NCBI GenBank assembly: GCA_965242865.1
Contig: CBDETK010000013.1
Location: forward strand, 3,680,001-3,744,000
DNA length: 64,000 nucleotides
Reading direction: 5' to 3'
Source: Candidatus Latescibacterota bacterium
GTDB taxonomy: Bacteria > Latescibacterota > UBA2968 > UBA8231
Program-made: the position numbers and the translations under genes
Notes under the pieces: generated by a model
Told to the model about the DNA's origin: nothing
What the model saw: the letters and a program-made list of their open reading frames with translations, nothing else
Databases searched by the model: none
Part shown: piece after piece, positions 1-12,098 of the stretch
Layout: every line of letters starts with the position of its first letter
How positions within the stretch are numbered: the stretch's first letter is position 1

Positions 1-1522
1 CGAATTCCTCGGCGGCATAGACGATCTCCGTGCGGCGCTCATCGCCGAAGCGCTCGTCGATCTCATCAATCTCATCCTTGATGATCTGCATCTGCCGCTC
101 CCGGCTGGCGAGGATGTCCCTCTGGTCCTCAATCGTCGTTACCAATTCCTTGTACTCGGCTTCAATTTTGTCGCGCTCCAAGCCTGTCAAACGCTGCAAG
201 GGCATGCTTAGAATGGCTTGAATCTGCCGCTCGCTCAGCTCGAATTGCACGTTAGCCTGCCGATCGACGAGTGATGTGGGGCGGATGCAGGCCAGCCGGT
301 CATGAGCATCTGCCGGGCTCGACGAGCGGCGAATGGTCTCAATCACTAAGTCTATGTGGTCCAAGGCGATGCGCAGGCCCTCAAGGATGTGCGCTCGAGC
401 TTCGGCTTTCTCCAAGTCGAATTTCGCACGACGCACGATCACGTCATGGCGGTGGTCAATATAGTGCTGCAGTAGCTGCTTGAGGTTGAGCATCTCAGGA
501 CGGCCATTGACAATGGCCAACATCATTACCCCGTAGGTAGTCTGCAACATGCTGTGGCTATAGAGTTGGTTGAGCACGACTTCGGCTTGGGCTTCTCTCT
601 TGCATTCAAATACGATGCGCAGCCCCTTGCGGCCCGATTCGTCGCGAATGTTGGCAAGCCCGTCAATGGTCTTGTCGCGCACCAAGTCGGCGATTTTCTC
701 TAATAAGCTGGCCTTGTTTACCAAGAAGGGGATTTCGGTGACAACGATGTTCTCGCGGCCGTTCTTGAGGGTTTCAATATCCGCCCGCGCTCTGATGTAA
801 ATCAGTCCCCTCCCGGTTGCGTAGGCCTGCTGTACCCCGCTCATGCCGTAGATGATTCCGCCGGTGGGAAAGTCTGGAGCCTTGACGTACTCGAGCAACT
901 CGGCAATGGAGATGTCGGGACGATCAATCAGTGCCTTGAGACCGCTGGCGACTTCCCGCAAGTTGTGCGGTGGGACCTTGGTGGCCATGCCGACAGCGAT
1001 GCCCATTGAGCCGTTGCATATCAGGTTGGGGAACCTAGACGGCAAAACCAGCGGCTCTTGCTGAGTCTCGTCGTAGTTGCTGGCGAATTCGACGGTATTC
1101 TTGTCGAGATCCGCTAGAAGCTCCATCGCCGGCCTGCTCAGCCTCGCCTCTGTGTAGCGCATAGCCGCCGGGGGGTAGCCGTCAATTGAACCGAAGTTGC
1201 CTTGGCCTTGGACCAGTGGATAACGAAAGCGAAAGTTCTGCGCCATATGCACCAGCGTCGGATAGACAATGTCTTCGCCGTGCGGGTGGTAATTACCTGA
1301 GGTGTCGCCAGCAATTTTGGCGCACTTGCGGTAGCCGCGATTGGGAAAAAGGCTCAAGTCGTTCATCGCCACCAAGATGCGACGCTGGGACGGCTTGAGA
1401 CCATCGCGGACATCGGGTAGGGCGCGCGACCGTATAAAGCTCATTGAATAGTCGAGGAAAGAGGTTTTGAGCTCCTCCTCAATTTTGACCCGCAGCACCC
1501 GGCTTTCTTGCTGTTCAAGCAT
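1..1522 (-). CDS. gyrA: DNA gyrase subunit A (5' part; runs off window start)
   Basis: Manual translation from ATG at 1522: MLEQQESRV...SRALPDVRDGLKP...YHPHGE...AAMRYTEARL...PDFPTGG...LQRLTGLE...DERRTEI; directly downstream of gyrB. Confidence 0.97.
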   Translation of the reverse strand, partial: MLEQQESRVLRVKIEEELKTSFLDYSMSFIRSRALPDVRDGLKPSQRRILVAMNDLSLFPNRGYRKCAKIAGDTSGNYHPHGEDIVYPTLVHMAQNFRFRYPLVQGQGNFGSIDGYPPAAMRYTEARLSRPAMELLADLDKNTVEFASNYDETQQEPLVLPSRFPNLICNGSMGIAVGMATKVPPHNLREVASGLKALIDRPDISIAELLEYVKAPDFPTGGIIYGMSGVQQAYATGRGLIYIRARADIETLKNGRENIVVTEIPFLVNKASLLEKIADLVRDKTIDGLANIRDESGRKGLRIVFECKREAQAEVVLNQLYSHSMLQTTYGVMMLAIVNGRPEMLNLKQLLQHYIDHRHDVIVRRAKFDLEKAEARAHILEGLRIALDHIDLVIETIRRSSSPADAHDRLACIRPTSLVDRQANVQFELSERQIQAILSMPLQRLTGLERDKIEAEYKELVTTIEDQRDILASRERQMQIIKDEIDEIDERFGDERRTEIVYAAEEF

Positions 1523-1545
1523 TAACTAAATCCTAGCTTTGTAGC

Positions 1546-3830
<2,285 letters not shown>

Positions 3831-3856
<26 letters not shown>

Positions 3857-4919
3857 AACGGGCTGCCTGTCTTGTACTAGGCTCTTGAGGAGTCGTTGCT
3901 ACGACCTGTTCAAACTCACTTACTATGTCCAATAGTTTTCCTATCCGGCCAGAGTCTAACTCTGAAAAAGCATCGTCTAAGAGTAGCACAGGCTGCCGAC
4001 CTGTTTGCTCCTCCATGTAACGAGACTCGGCCAACTTCCACGATATGAGTACCGTTCTTAGCTGGCCCTCGGAGGCGTAAATTTCGGCCTGTTCTCCGTT
4101 CAACGTGAATTTCAAATCATCGCGGTGTGGCCCACAGAGCGTATGACCTATTTGGGTCTCCTGTTCCCCGCGGCGACTGAGTGATTCGCGCAACTCGGCT
4201 CTAAGGGCCTCCAAGTCCTGCTCCTTGGTGCCTTGATAGACGACAGCGGCTTCTTCGCCGCCCAAGGCAAAACGACCGTAATAGCGGAGAAAGGGTGCTC
4301 TCAACTTATTCAGTGCCTCCAAGCGATGAAGTCGGAGTTGAGACCCTAAATCCACCAACTGAGTATTCCATGGTTCCATTACTTGGCTATCGACAAGTCC
4401 TTGCCCCGACTTCTTTGCAGTGCGCAACAAGTAGTTTCTCTGGGCTAACACACGGTAATAGCGCTGCATACACTGCAAGTACGTCGCGCTAGACTGCGAG
4501 ATAAGTATGTCGAGGAGTCGCCGGCGTCGGGCCGGGAAGAGTAGTACCAGCGATACGTCTTCTGGACAGAAGTGAACTGTGCGGAAGGTGCCCAGCAACT
4601 CCGATACTCGAGGCAAGGAATTAGCATCAACAAATGCCTTCTTGCCTTCCTTTTTACTGTAAAAGACGCGTAATTGCTGGTCGTGGCGACCATCAGTACA
4701 CAAGGATCGAATATCAAAGAAATCCTCGCCGTGCGGCACGACGTGCTGATCTTTGGCCCCGCGCACTGACTTACCGATAGATAGGTAGGAAATCGCTTCT
4801 AAGATATTGCTTTTACCGCGGCCGTTTGGGCCAAAAATTAGCACATGATCTGCCGCAAAACTCAAGCGAATCGCGGCAAAATTGCGGAAGGGTCTTAGCG
4901 TTAATTCACGGATCCGCAC
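3831..4919 (-). CDS. recF: DNA replication/repair protein RecF
   Basis: FRNF, GPNGRGKSNILEAI, GPHRDDL, SEGQ, PVLLLDDAFSELD. Confidence 0.97.
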
Positions 4920-4933
4920 TATTCCTGCTTACC

Positions 4934-6097
4934 TCATCCTGTTGGCCGCAAGGGCATTAGCAAGCAGAAGTAGTCCTCACCTTCCTTTTGTTCCACCGGC
5001 CGCAACAGGGCTGCTGTAACGTGGTCATTGAGCTCGAAACAGACCTCCTGCGCGTCCATCCGGCGCAAGATCTCCATCAGAAACTGGGCGTTGTAGCCAA
5101 CCTCTATCTCTTCAGAGGCGTATTGAGCCGGCACAACCTCCCTCGCTTCGCCGCCGATTTCGGGGCTGGCGGCCGAAAGCTCCACTTGGCCACTGTTTAG
5201 CTTAAAACGCACTTGACGAGTATAGGAACTAGAGAGGATGGACACCCGGCGTACGGCCGGCAGAAGATCTTGGCTAGCTATTCTTAGTTCTTTTTGGTTG
5301 TTTTGAGGGATGACTTGAGTATAGTTGACATAAGGCCCCTCAATCAGACGCGATAGCAAATGCGTCTGTCCTATATTAAACAGGATCTGCGCCTCGCCTA
5401 GCGTGACGTTGACGGGCCCTTTATAGTTACCCAGCAATTTGACGATCTGATTCAACGCTTGGGGGGGGACAATAACCTCGGTCTTTTGGTCGCTCTGCAC
5501 CTGATCCTGTAGATCCATGGCTAATCTGTAGCAAGCCAAGCGCGACCCGTCGGTAGCCACCATCTCCATTCCCTGAGCATCAATGCGCCAGAGCACCCCA
5601 TTGAACACTGGGCGCGTATCATCGCCGGAAACGGCAAAGGCTGTCTTATTAATCATGCCTGCTAGGACATTGGTATCGGTTTGGTCATCCCCTATACTCA
5701 GGTTTACGCCGTCAAGTGCTGTCGGCATACTAGGAAACTCTTCGGCCTCTATTCCCGACAGGCTATACGACCCTTCGCTGCTCTCAGCACCCCCGAGCTG
5801 CCCAGAGAGCCTAAGTCGCTCGTCCTGCACCTCAATACTCAGTTCCGACTCGGGCCATTCTCGAGTGATTTCTGCCAGCTTGCGAGCCGAAACGGTCGTC
5901 TTCCCCTCCGCTTCCACCACAGCAGGGACTTGAGTCCGGATGGACAAATCTAAATCCGTCGCAGACAGAGATAACGTTTTTGTATCGGCGTCAAGCAAAA
6001 TATTAGCCAACACCGGTAGGGAGGGCTTTGAAGGCACGGCTTCTAATACAGTATCAATGCCCCGCCATAACTCATTGCGATTTACTCTTAACTTCAT
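4934..6097 (-). CDS. dnaN: DNA polymerase III beta sliding clamp
   Basis: ATDLDL, DDTRPVFNGV, VATDGSRL, SRLIEGPY, C-terminal LLMPLR. Confidence 0.97.
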   Translation of the reverse strand: MKLRVNRNELWRGIDTVLEAVPSKPSLPVLANILLDADTKTLSLSATDLDLSIRTQVPAVVEAEGKTTVSARKLAEITREWPESELSIEVQDERLRLSGQLGGAESSEGSYSLSGIEAEEFPSMPTALDGVNLSIGDDQTDTNVLAGMINKTAFAVSGDDTRPVFNGVLWRIDAQGMEMVATDGSRLACYRLAMDLQDQVQSDQKTEVIVPPQALNQIVKLLGNYKGPVNVTLGEAQILFNIGQTHLLSRLIEGPYVNYTQVIPQNNQKELRIASQDLLPAVRRVSILSSSYTRQVRFKLNSGQVELSAASPEIGGEAREVVPAQYASEEIEVGYNAQFLMEILRRMDAQEVCFELNDHVTAALLRPVEQKEGEDYFCLLMPLRPTG

Positions 6098-6152
6098 ACA
6101 AATCTTCTTTGGATTATCCTTCTGTCTGTGAACACTGTCTAAAGATTAACTC

Positions 6153-6181
6153 AACTTAGCTTTTATATCTACTTATGTCAA
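6153..6181 (-). promoter_or_regulatory. sigma70 promoter for dnaN-recF operon
   Basis: Minus strand TTGACA-N17-TAAGTT ~55 nt upstream of dnaN ATG. Confidence 0.55.
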
Positions 6182-6189
6182 GTTCTATA

Positions 6190-6600
6190 ATATAGTGTCC
6201 CATTTTTTCATAAGAGAACATAAAAGCAGGTGTGTATTAATAAAAATAAAGGTGTGTATAGAAAAAAAAAAAAATACCCACACCATCCTTTCTTATAAAA
6301 TTACACTTCTCTGTGTTCTTTTTTTCTTAATAATTCTAGTTGTACTCGGGATATGTGGATAATCGTCTTACGGATCTATCTCTAAACAACAAAACATATT
6401 GTTAATAATATGTTTATGAGAAAAGAGAATTGATCGAACAGCAAGAAATTATATGTGGATTACTGAGTGGAAAACCCTAATTTTCCACAGATAAAAGTTA
6501 AAAATGACTGTTTTCTTTTGTCACGTAAAGTTATCCACACTGAATCAATACTCAGGCGGGGATAGGTGTGAATAGTTTTCCACTGTCAAATAGGCACTAT
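6190..6600. other. oriC: Replication origin oriC (dnaA-dnaN intergenic): DnaA boxes plus AT-rich DUE
   Basis: Perfect boxes TGTGGATAA 6354-6362 and TTATCCACA 6531-6539; near-perfect TGTGGATTA 6454, TTTTCCACA 6481, TTTTCCACT 6576; very AT-rich 6190-6340; gene-strand switch nearby. Confidence 0.88.
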
Positions 6601-6662
6601 GGTACTAAAAACACAAGACGAAAAGGACCAAGAGGACAGAGGATTAAAGAGGCGGGCTAAGT

Positions 6663-8051
6663 TTAGCGGTTTTGCCGACGAATAGTATTGGACAAATCCT
6701 CAACTAGTTTGGCGAAGACTGGGTCGTTCTTACACTTATTCTCAACAGTGTTTACAGCGTACATGACTGTGGTGTGGTCGCTCCTGCCGAAGTGCTTAGC
6801 GATGGCTTTGAGGCTGAGGCTTCCTCCGATGAGATGCCTGACTAAGAACATGGCAATATGCCTTGCCCTTGCCACGTCTTGCTTTCGTCCTTTTCCGGTG
6901 AGTTGCTCTTGAGTCATATTGAAGTGGTCGGCGACATGCTGCTGGATCTCCTCAATGCTCAATTCCGCTGGGCTAGACCTCAATTTTAGAATATGCTTAG
7001 CCGCCTCGATGCTGCATTCCTTCTTGTAGATTGAGCAGTGGGCGATTAAGCTAATCAACGCCCCCTCGAGTTCGCGGACATTCGATCGGATATGAGTGCC
7101 CAACAGAGCGGCCACCTCATCGGGAAGCCGTATACCACTGCGCTCGGCCTTCTTGTGGAGGATGGCGATCCGGGTCTCGATCTCAGGCGGATCTATTGCG
7201 GTGGCCAGACCCCATATGACGCGGGATTTCAGCCTTTCTTCTAACCCATCAAGATGGCTGGGAGGACTGTCGCAGGTCATGACAATCTGCTTCTCGGACT
7301 GGTGCAAGGTATTAAAAGTGTGAAAGAATTCGTTCTGGGTCTGTTCGCCGCGGAGAAGAAACTGGATGTCATCGAACAGGAGGATGTCCATGTTTCGATA
7401 AAAGTTCTGAAATTCCCTCGTCTTATTGCGGTCTCGGAGCGATTGAATGAAATCGTTCATAAACTTTTCCGAGGGGACATAAATGACCTTTTCGGCGCGG
7501 TTGAGGTCATAGGCGCGATGTCCAATCGCTTGGAGCAGATGAGTTTTACCCAGCCCTGAGCCGCCATAAATCACGAGGGGATTAAATTCCGTGTTACCTG
7601 GGGAATTAGCTACAGCTAATGCCGTTGCATGGGCAAATCGATTGCTATCACCAATGATGAATTCTTCAAAGGTATATTTCTTATTAAGCGGTATTTGAAG
7701 GGGACTGGCTTCTACTGCTTCTTGGCCTCCCTCTGTGGATTCTTTTTTCGGAGCAGAGGGAGGGAGTACTGGATCAAGAACAGGTTGAGGTGCTTGTGCA
7801 ACGGTAAAGGAGATACTTGGAGTTAGTTTCGTCTCTTTCCTTACTACTGATTCGATCATCATCAAGTAGTGCTCCTCTAACCAAGCGGCAGAAAATGCAC
7901 TGGGAACTTGGATGACCAATAAGCCTTCGTCGAATTGGCTCACTGAAGTCTGCTTAAACCAATTATCAAATTTCTGGGGAAGAATTTGACGCTCAATGTT
8001 GAGCAGACACTGGGCCCAGATGTCTTGGGGATCCTGTTTTTCCAACACCAT
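6663..8051 (-). CDS. dnaA: Chromosomal replication initiator DnaA
   Basis: LNKKYTFEEF, GGSGLGKTHLL, DDIQF, EFFHTFN, NVRELEGAL, DHTTV. Confidence 0.98.
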   Translation of the reverse strand: MVLEKQDPQDIWAQCLLNIERQILPQKFDNWFKQTSVSQFDEGLLVIQVPSAFSAAWLEEHYLMMIESVVRKETKLTPSISFTVAQAPQPVLDPVLPPSAPKKESTEGGQEAVEASPLQIPLNKKYTFEEFIIGDSNRFAHATALAVANSPGNTEFNPLVIYGGSGLGKTHLLQAIGHRAYDLNRAEKVIYVPSEKFMNDFIQSLRDRNKTREFQNFYRNMDILLFDDIQFLLRGEQTQNEFFHTFNTLHQSEKQIVMTCDSPPSHLDGLEERLKSRVIWGLATAIDPPEIETRIAILHKKAERSGIRLPDEVAALLGTHIRSNVRELEGALISLIAHCSIYKKECSIEAAKHILKLRSSPAELSIEEIQQHVADHFNMTQEQLTGKGRKQDVARARHIAMFLVRHLIGGSLSLKAIAKHFGRSDHTTVMYAVNTVENKCKNDPVFAKLVEDLSNTIRRQNR

Positions 8052-8088
8052 CTATTGAACGATTTCGCAATTTTTGAGGGGTATTTCT

Positions 8089-8117
8089 AACTTACAAATA
8101 AGGAATATGCTAGTCAA
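8089..8117 (-). promoter_or_regulatory. sigma70 promoter for dnaA
   Basis: Minus strand TTGACT-N17-TAAGTT. Confidence 0.5.
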
Positions 8118-8171
8118 GAGTCTCTCCCGAAGTGCCGCTGAAATTCGTTAGTGCTCAAAGAGTTAAAAGTA

Positions 8172-8200
8172 TTGACACTAATTAGAATAGCCACTAAATT
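8172..8200 (+). promoter_or_regulatory. sigma70 promoter for rpmH operon
   Basis: TTGACA-N17-TAAATT. Confidence 0.55.
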
Positions 8201-8254
8201 GGACTATTTCTGCGTATGCTGTGTATACAACTAACGTGAGGTGAGATTTTTATT

Positions 8255-8389
8255 TTGAAACGCACATTTCAGCCTAGCAATAGGTGCCGCCGCAACAAGC
8301 ATGGCTTTCGCAGGCGCATGAGCACATCCGCCGGTCGCAATATCATCAATCGTCGTCGGAGAAAGGGACGCAAGCAGCTAGCAGTCTAG
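8255..8389 (+). CDS. rpmH: 50S ribosomal protein L34 (not in ORF track)
   Basis: TTG start after GAGGTGA; [44 protein letters not shown]. Confidence 0.96.
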   Translation: MKRTFQPSNRCRRNKHGFRRRMSTSAGRNIINRRRRKGRKQLAV

Positions 8390-8401
8390 TGCTTGTAGCG
8401 T

Positions 8402-8674
8402 TTGATGGATTGGGTTAGAGGCCGCTTCTTTTGGATCCGCTGTGGTCGGGAAGACCGCGGTCAAGTTTTTGTCGTCCGACGCAATTTGGGCAATGCTGTG
8501 AAGCGCAATCGGCTTAAGCGGCACCTGCGTAGTATTTGCCGAAGTCGCCCATACTTTCCTCGTAATCTAGTCGTCTTCTGCCAACCGTCAGCCGTCAAGG
8601 CCCCCTTTACCGACTTGGAAAGGGAACTGGACTTGTTGGTAACAAAAATCCCTATTCTTCTTGTCTCACGATGA
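8402..8674 (+). CDS. rnpA: Ribonuclease P protein component (short, divergent)
   Basis: RNR motif GNAVKRNRLKRHLR; position between rpmH and yidD. Confidence 0.8.
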   Translation: MMDWVRGRFFWIRCGREDRGQVFVVRRNLGNAVKRNRLKRHLRSICRSRPYFPRNLVVFCQPSAVKAPFTDLERELDLLVTKIPILLVSR

Positions 8675-8880
8675 AGCAAATCGCCATTTTCATCGTCCGA
8701 GCCTACCGTCTTATACTGTCTCCATACCTTCCCCCATCCTGTCGCTATCGACCTACTTGTTCCCAGTATGCCGAAGAAGCAATAAACAAGTACGGACCGT
8801 TCAAAGGCGGGATGCTTGCTCTAAAGCGGATTAGTCAATGCCATCCCTGGGGAGGGCATGGATACGATCCTTTGCGCTAG
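8671..8880 (+). CDS. yidD: Membrane protein insertion efficiency factor
   Basis: YR-x2-LSP, CRYRPTCSQYA, CHPWGGHGYDP. Confidence 0.95.
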   Translation: MKQIAIFIVRAYRLILSPYLPPSCRYRPTCSQYAEEAINKYGPFKGGMLALKRISQCHPWGGHGYDPLR

Positions 8881-8925
8881 TAGTACGTTAATAACCAGTT
8901 GTTTATAAAGGGGCAAGTAAAACCT

Positions 8926-10632
8926 ATGGAAGATAAGCGGACCCTGTTGGCCTTTCTCTTTATCGGCTTGATTTTCCTCTTGCTTCCCTATTATAATGAA
9001 TGGCTGGGGCTAAATCCTAAGCCTAAGGCTCCGCCTCAGACACCCGTGAAGCAAAAGCCGGTGCCTGAGCCTGTTGTTGAAGATCTGCCCAAGTCCGAGA
9101 GCATGCGAGACCCCGAGTCTGCTCAACAACTCCATTCGGAAGGGCTAGAACCGGTTAAGTCTCAGGTCATTGAAAGGGTTGAATCGGCCGAAAGTCCATC
9201 CTTTATCCCGGAAGAAATTGTAGTACAAACGCCGCTTCAGAGCTTTGTTCTCTCTACAAAGGGCGGTACTATTATATCATGTAAACTCTTAAAATACAGA
9301 TACGTAGATGGAAGCATTATCGAAATGCTGCCTCCCACTGGCGTCGGCTTGGGAATTCATCTGCAAAGCGCGAACTACAGGGAGGATATATCCTCGGCGG
9401 AGTTTGTTGCTAATCAGTTGAGTTTGCAGGTAGGACTAGGTGAAGAGCACTCCTTAATTATGATAGCCCAACTCGGTGGCGGTAAGAGATTGGAGAAGAT
9501 ATTGACCTTTAATGGTGACCGCTATGGATTCGATCTCCAAGTGCGCCACGAAGGATTTGACGATGATACCGAAGCCATACTCACTTGGGAAAACGGTATA
9601 GCGTTTACTGAGCGGGAGCCGGAAATAGACCTACCTGAAATGCGGGCTTTCGCCTATATAAATGAAGAACGGGTCGAACTCAAGGTAGATGATGGGGAAT
9701 CGGACGAGTTGGAGGACAAAGGACTGCTAAAATGGGCGGGTATTCGCAACAAGTACTTTTTGATTTCCTGCGTCCCGGCTGATAGAGAGCAGCGTTCTCG
9801 CGTCGTCCTACGGGGCAATCACCAAGGGTCGAATTTGCTGCCTGGATATTCTTTTCAGATAGGTCGGCGGCTCGAACGGGAAACTTCTTGGAACAACACT
9901 ATTTATCTGGGCCCACTCAACTACGACGAGCTCATCGGCTATGAGGCCGAACTAGAGCAGGCCATTGATTTCGGATGGCCGATCGTAAGCCAGATAAGCC
10001 GATTTCTACTTATTTTATTTATAGCTACCTACCAATATGTTCCTAACTATGGCTGGATCATCGTCCTTTTCGCTGTTGTTATCAAAATTATCGTCTATCC
10101 GCTTACGCACAAAACGTACGAGTCTGCGGCGAAAATGCAGGAGATTCAGCCGAAAATTGCGGCACTACGCGATAAGTACAAAAACGACAATCAACGCCTA
10201 AGCCGCGAAACAATGAAGCTCTACAAGGAAGAAGGCGTCAATCCTCTTGGGGGGTGTCTGCCTCTCTTGTTGCAGATGCCTATTTTTATTTCGCTCTACA
10301 ATCTTTTTGGCAAAACAATTGAGTTGCGCCAAGCCCCCTTTACTCTTTGGATACAAGATCTATCCCTTCCAGATGAGTTACTAATCGGCGGTTTGGGGCT
10401 TCATGTTTTGCCATTACTAATGGCTGCCTCCATGCTCGTCCAACAGAAGATGACCATGAAGGATCCCAAACAGGCCGTTCTGGTTTACATGATGCCAGTA
10501 CTGATGATCTTTATTTTTTGGAGCATGTCGTCGGGATTAGTGCTATACTGGACTACCTTCAATGTCCTGACCATTGGCCAGCAGCTATTGGTCAATCATT
10601 TTAAGAAAAAAGCCGCTCCTTCCAGCCCTTAA
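8926..10632 (+). CDS. yidC: Membrane protein insertase YidC
   Basis: N-terminal TM, IDFGW, NYGWII, GVNPLGGCLPLLLQMPIF, WIQDLS, SGLVLYW. Confidence 0.96.
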   Translation: MEDKRTLLAFLFIGLIFLLLPYYNEWLGLNPKPKAPPQTPVKQKPVPEPVVEDLPKSESMRDPESAQQLHSEGLEPVKSQVIERVESAESPSFIPEEIVVQTPLQSFVLSTKGGTIISCKLLKYRYVDGSIIEMLPPTGVGLGIHLQSANYREDISSAEFVANQLSLQVGLGEEHSLIMIAQLGGGKRLEKILTFNGDRYGFDLQVRHEGFDDDTEAILTWENGIAFTEREPEIDLPEMRAFAYINEERVELKVDDGESDELEDKGLLKWAGIRNKYFLISCVPADREQRSRVVLRGNHQGSNLLPGYSFQIGRRLERETSWNNTIYLGPLNYDELIGYEAELEQAIDFGWPIVSQISRFLLILFIATYQYVPNYGWIIVLFAVVIKIIVYPLTHKTYESAAKMQEIQPKIAALRDKYKNDNQRLSRETMKLYKEEGVNPLGGCLPLLLQMPIFISLYNLFGKTIELRQAPFTLWIQDLSLPDELLIGGLGLHVLPLLMAASMLVQQKMTMKDPKQAVLVYMMPVLMIFIFWSMSSGLVLYWTTFNVLTIGQQLLVNHFKKKAAPSSP

Positions 10633-10655
10633 AGTTTTAGCCGGATCTCAATTCC

Positions 10656-12017
10656 TTGATACAGCCGGATACTGTTGTTGCTATCTCTACGCCACGAGGG
10701 GAGGGAGGAATCGGGATAGTGCGTTTGAGTGGGCCAGCAGCCTTATCTATTGGCCAGCAGATTTTTCGGTCCCGTTCACCGCTCGGTGAGCGGGTCCGAT
10801 ACGTCGAGTACGGGCGTGTATGGGCTGGTGGTCGAGCAATCGACACCGGCGTCGCTTGGTGCTTTGCTGCTCCTCACTCTTATACTGGTGAAGATACCGT
10901 CGAGATTAGCTGCCACGGCAGCATGGTCGTATTAGAGTCAATCGTCGAGGAAGCACTTCGCTTGGGTGCTGTCGCCGCTGGCCCGGGAGAGTTTACTCGT
11001 CGAGCGTTTCTCAATGGACGGTTGGATTTATTAGAAGCTGAGGCTGTAATTGACCTCATTCAGGCCAGTTCTAAAGCTCATCTCGATAATGCCTATGGCT
11101 TGGCTAGCGGTCGGCTATCCAAGATGGTAAAAGAGCTTAAGAGGCAGTTGGTTAAGATGCTATCACTGCTCGAGATAGGGCTCGATTTTTCCGACGAAGA
11201 CATAGATACTATTGGACACCAAGAAATAGAGGCCGCACTGAGTGAGGTCGTTGAGTCTTCTCGGCGGCTTGCCGAAACATTTGAGGGAACAAGGCGTCGC
11301 CAAGATGGATATTTAGTAGTACTCATCGGGCGTCCCAACGTAGGTAAATCTACATTGCTCAACGTTTTGCTCGGCGAAGATCGGGCAATAGTCACCCCCT
11401 TACCGGGAACGACGCGGGATTTAGTAGAAGGTCGGACTACATGGGCAGGAGAGACGGTCCGGCTAGTCGATACGGCTGGGATTAGGCAAAGCTATAACCC
11501 GATCGAGAAGGAGGGGATTGAACGGGCGTCGCAAGCGGCGAGGGAAGCTGATGTGGTTTTAGCGGTATTCGACAGCTCAACCGAGTGGTGTGAGGACGAT
11601 ATAGCCGTGTTGGACCTACTCCCGCCCGATAAGAAGTCGATAGCTGTCCTCAACAAGATTGATTTGACAGGTGCTATTGCTCGATCTAAGATCGGAGCAC
11701 GGACTTCGGTATCCGTTGAAATATCAGCACTTAGGGAGTTCGGTATTGAAAAATTAAAGAAGGAAGCGATGGCCCAACTGCCCCATAGGGCGGAAATAGA
11801 TGGAATCGGGATTACCCGTCAACGACACCAAGACTGCTTTTTACGGGTAGCTAAATCCGGTGCTGTCGCAGAAGATTTGCTGAGATCAAACCAGCTAGCT
11901 GAGTGCATTATAGCTGAACTTCAAGACGCCTTGAATGCTCTAGGTGAGATGCTGGGAGAGACAGTAGAGGAGGAAGTGCTTGATTCTATCTTCTCCCAAT
12001 TTTGCATCGGCAAGTAA
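10656..12017 (+). CDS. mnmE: tRNA modification GTPase MnmE
   Basis: DTVVAISTPRGEGGIG, GRPNVGKS, GTTRD, DTAG, NKID, C-terminal FCIGK. Confidence 0.97.
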   Translation: MIQPDTVVAISTPRGEGGIGIVRLSGPAALSIGQQIFRSRSPLGERVRYVEYGRVWAGGRAIDTGVAWCFAAPHSYTGEDTVEISCHGSMVVLESIVEEALRLGAVAAGPGEFTRRAFLNGRLDLLEAEAVIDLIQASSKAHLDNAYGLASGRLSKMVKELKRQLVKMLSLLEIGLDFSDEDIDTIGHQEIEAALSEVVESSRRLAETFEGTRRRQDGYLVVLIGRPNVGKSTLLNVLLGEDRAIVTPLPGTTRDLVEGRTTWAGETVRLVDTAGIRQSYNPIEKEGIERASQAAREADVVLAVFDSSTEWCEDDIAVLDLLPPDKKSIAVLNKIDLTGAIARSKIGARTSVSVEISALREFGIEKLKKEAMAQLPHRAEIDGIGITRQRHQDCFLRVAKSGAVAEDLLRSNQLAECIIAELQDALNALGEMLGETVEEEVLDSIFSQFCIGK

Positions 12018-12033
12018 TGTTCCACGTGGAACA
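12018..12033. promoter_or_regulatory. parS: parS centromere site 1
   Basis: Perfect palindrome TGTTCCACGTGGAACA. Confidence 0.93.
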
Positions 12034-12067
12034 CTTGAGATTCTTGAAGCATTGATAAGATGTTCAA

Positions 12068-12083
12068 TGTTCCACGTGGAACA
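12068..12083. promoter_or_regulatory. parS: parS centromere site 2
   Basis: Perfect palindrome TGTTCCACGTGGAACA, 50 bp from site 1. Confidence 0.93.
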
Positions 12084-12098
12084 TGTAAATTTAATATG

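Noticed and set aside
6228-6259. Direct repeat AGGTGTGTAT twice in oriC as a novel motif
   Set aside because: Explained as one-mismatch DnaA boxes (TGTGTATTA, TGTGTATAG)
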